Below the pieces are notes generated by a model. It made no database searches. It saw only the letters and a program-made list of their open reading frames with translations, and was not told where the DNA came from. Below are positions 17,411-18,393 of a stretch of 18,393 nucleotides of DNA, one piece after another. The translations under genes were made by a program, and so were the position numbers. This stretch comes from a candidate division FCPU426 bacterium. Lineage in GTDB: Bacteria; Oederibacteriota; Muellerivitia; Muellerivitales; Muellerivitaceae. How positions within the stretch are numbered: position 1 is the first letter of the stretch; the number at the start of each line of letters is the position of its first letter. The stretch covers positions 1 through 18,393 of the forward strand of contig CAWKAR010000042.1 in assembly GCA_963847625.1 (NCBI GenBank). Reading direction: 5' to 3'.

Positions 17411-18393
17411 CCCGGATTTCCCAGATGAAATTACCTTTCGAGTATAATAAGGCGTCGTTTGGCCATACAAACAAAGGTTTTTCTTCACTTTGGGGACCAC
17501 GAGAGGGGGGAATGCAATGGGTGAAAGGGGAAAAGACGCTCTTCGGGTGGTTTTTGATCCTGGTCTCAAGCTGGAGTTCCATGGCGCGAAGGTCACTTCC
17601 GATGGCGGGTTGATTCCCTATCGTGAACTCGATGAAGCCTTTGGTTTGACTGACAGAACGGAAAACCTTCTGAGGGATCGGCGAACCGGCAAGAATACGC
17701 AACATACGATGACGGCGCTTTTGCGGCAATCAATCTACAGCCGCCTAGCCGGTTACGAGGACACCAACGACGCAGAACGATTGAGTGTTGATCCGGCGAT
17801 GCGGCATGTGATCGGAGGACGGGCCAAGGAAAAACAAGCTGCCTCCACCAGCCAGATGGGACGTTTCGAGACGGAAGTTCTCACCCAGTCGAAGAACCAG
17901 ACCGGTCTGATTGACCTATCTGGCCAATGGATTGATGGTGTCCATGAAAAAAAGCCCATCCAGCAGATTATTCTCGACATGGACAGCTCCGTGAGTGAAA
18001 CCTACGGGGACCAAGAAGGTTCCTTGTACAACGGTTACTTCGGCTGTACCTGTTACCATCCCCTGTTTTGTTTCAACCAGTTTGGCGATTTGGAACGGGC
18101 AATGTTGCGCAACGGCAATGTGGCCAGCGCCCACGAGTGGCGGTCGGTTCTTGAACCAGTGGTTGTCCGTTATCGGGGTCTTTCCATCAGCCGTTTTTTC
18201 CGGGGTGACGCGGCCTTCGCCCGTCAGGAACTATACGAGTACCTAGAAGACGAAGGATACCTTTATGCGATCCGCCAACCCGCCAATGGCGTGCTACAAA
18301 GAGAAATTGAGCCATTTTTGACCCGTCCCGTGGGCCGCCCTTCCCACAAGCCGGTTGTCCGGTATCACAGCTTCCAATACCAAGCCGTCAGCT
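17411..18393 (+). mobile_element. IS1380 family insertion sequence, left end (truncated by window)
   Basis: Putative left IR CCCGGATTTCCCAGATG at 17411-17427 after AT-rich TTAAC, TATAAT at 17443-17448, then the transposase. Exact end is uncertain by 1-2 bp. Confidence 0.85.
17517..18393 (+). CDS. IS1380 family DDE transposase (partial, open at window end)
   Basis: MGERGKDALRVVFDPGLKLEFHGAKVTSDGGLIPYRELD...RLAGYEDTNDAERL...LDMDSSVSETYGDQEGSLYNGYFGCTCYHPLF...FRGDAAF. No stop within the window. RBS GAGAGGGGG upstream. Confidence 0.95.
   Translation, partial: MGERGKDALRVVFDPGLKLEFHGAKVTSDGGLIPYRELDEAFGLTDRTENLLRDRRTGKNTQHTMTALLRQSIYSRLAGYEDTNDAERLSVDPAMRHVIGGRAKEKQAASTSQMGRFETEVLTQSKNQTGLIDLSGQWIDGVHEKKPIQQIILDMDSSVSETYGDQEGSLYNGYFGCTCYHPLFCFNQFGDLERAMLRNGNVASAHEWRSVLEPVVVRYRGLSISRFFRGDAAFARQELYEYLEDEGYLYAIRQPANGVLQREIEPFLTRPVGRPSHKPVVRYHSFQYQAVS

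Noticed and set aside
3196..17428. Composite transposon bounded by the two IS1380-like IRs
   Set aside because: The ends face away from the intervening DNA, the flanks (TGAAA vs TTAAC) do not match as a target duplication, and the interval contains backbone-type genes.

Overview
Bacterial window with two parts. The right part (9.6-17.3 kb) looks like chromosomal backbone. It holds an unannotated 47-aa two-TM gene, a TPR-fused class B penicillin-binding protein, rmuC, a TMTC-like GT-C/TPR membrane protein, and a metallo-beta-lactamase-fold cyclic-nucleotide phosphodiesterase-like protein with two cNMP domains and an apparent +1 frameshift. An IS1380-family element follows and runs off the window end. 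The left part (0.2-9.6 kb) is an accessory region with two large Thr/Pro-rich exported glycan-binding-like proteins, an RHH/RelE toxin-antitoxin pair and a MarR-EmrA-EmrB efflux operon. The most striking structure is that these accessory modules are bracketed by 70-100 bp diverged direct repeats. Repeat B occurs three times and is the 3' half of the small 47-aa gene (one intact copy, two decayed copies). Repeat A occurs twice, plus a possible degenerate third copy. This suggests cassette-like tandem accretion at one hot spot, with no integrase in view. All family assignments come from motif recognition by eye; no searches were run.
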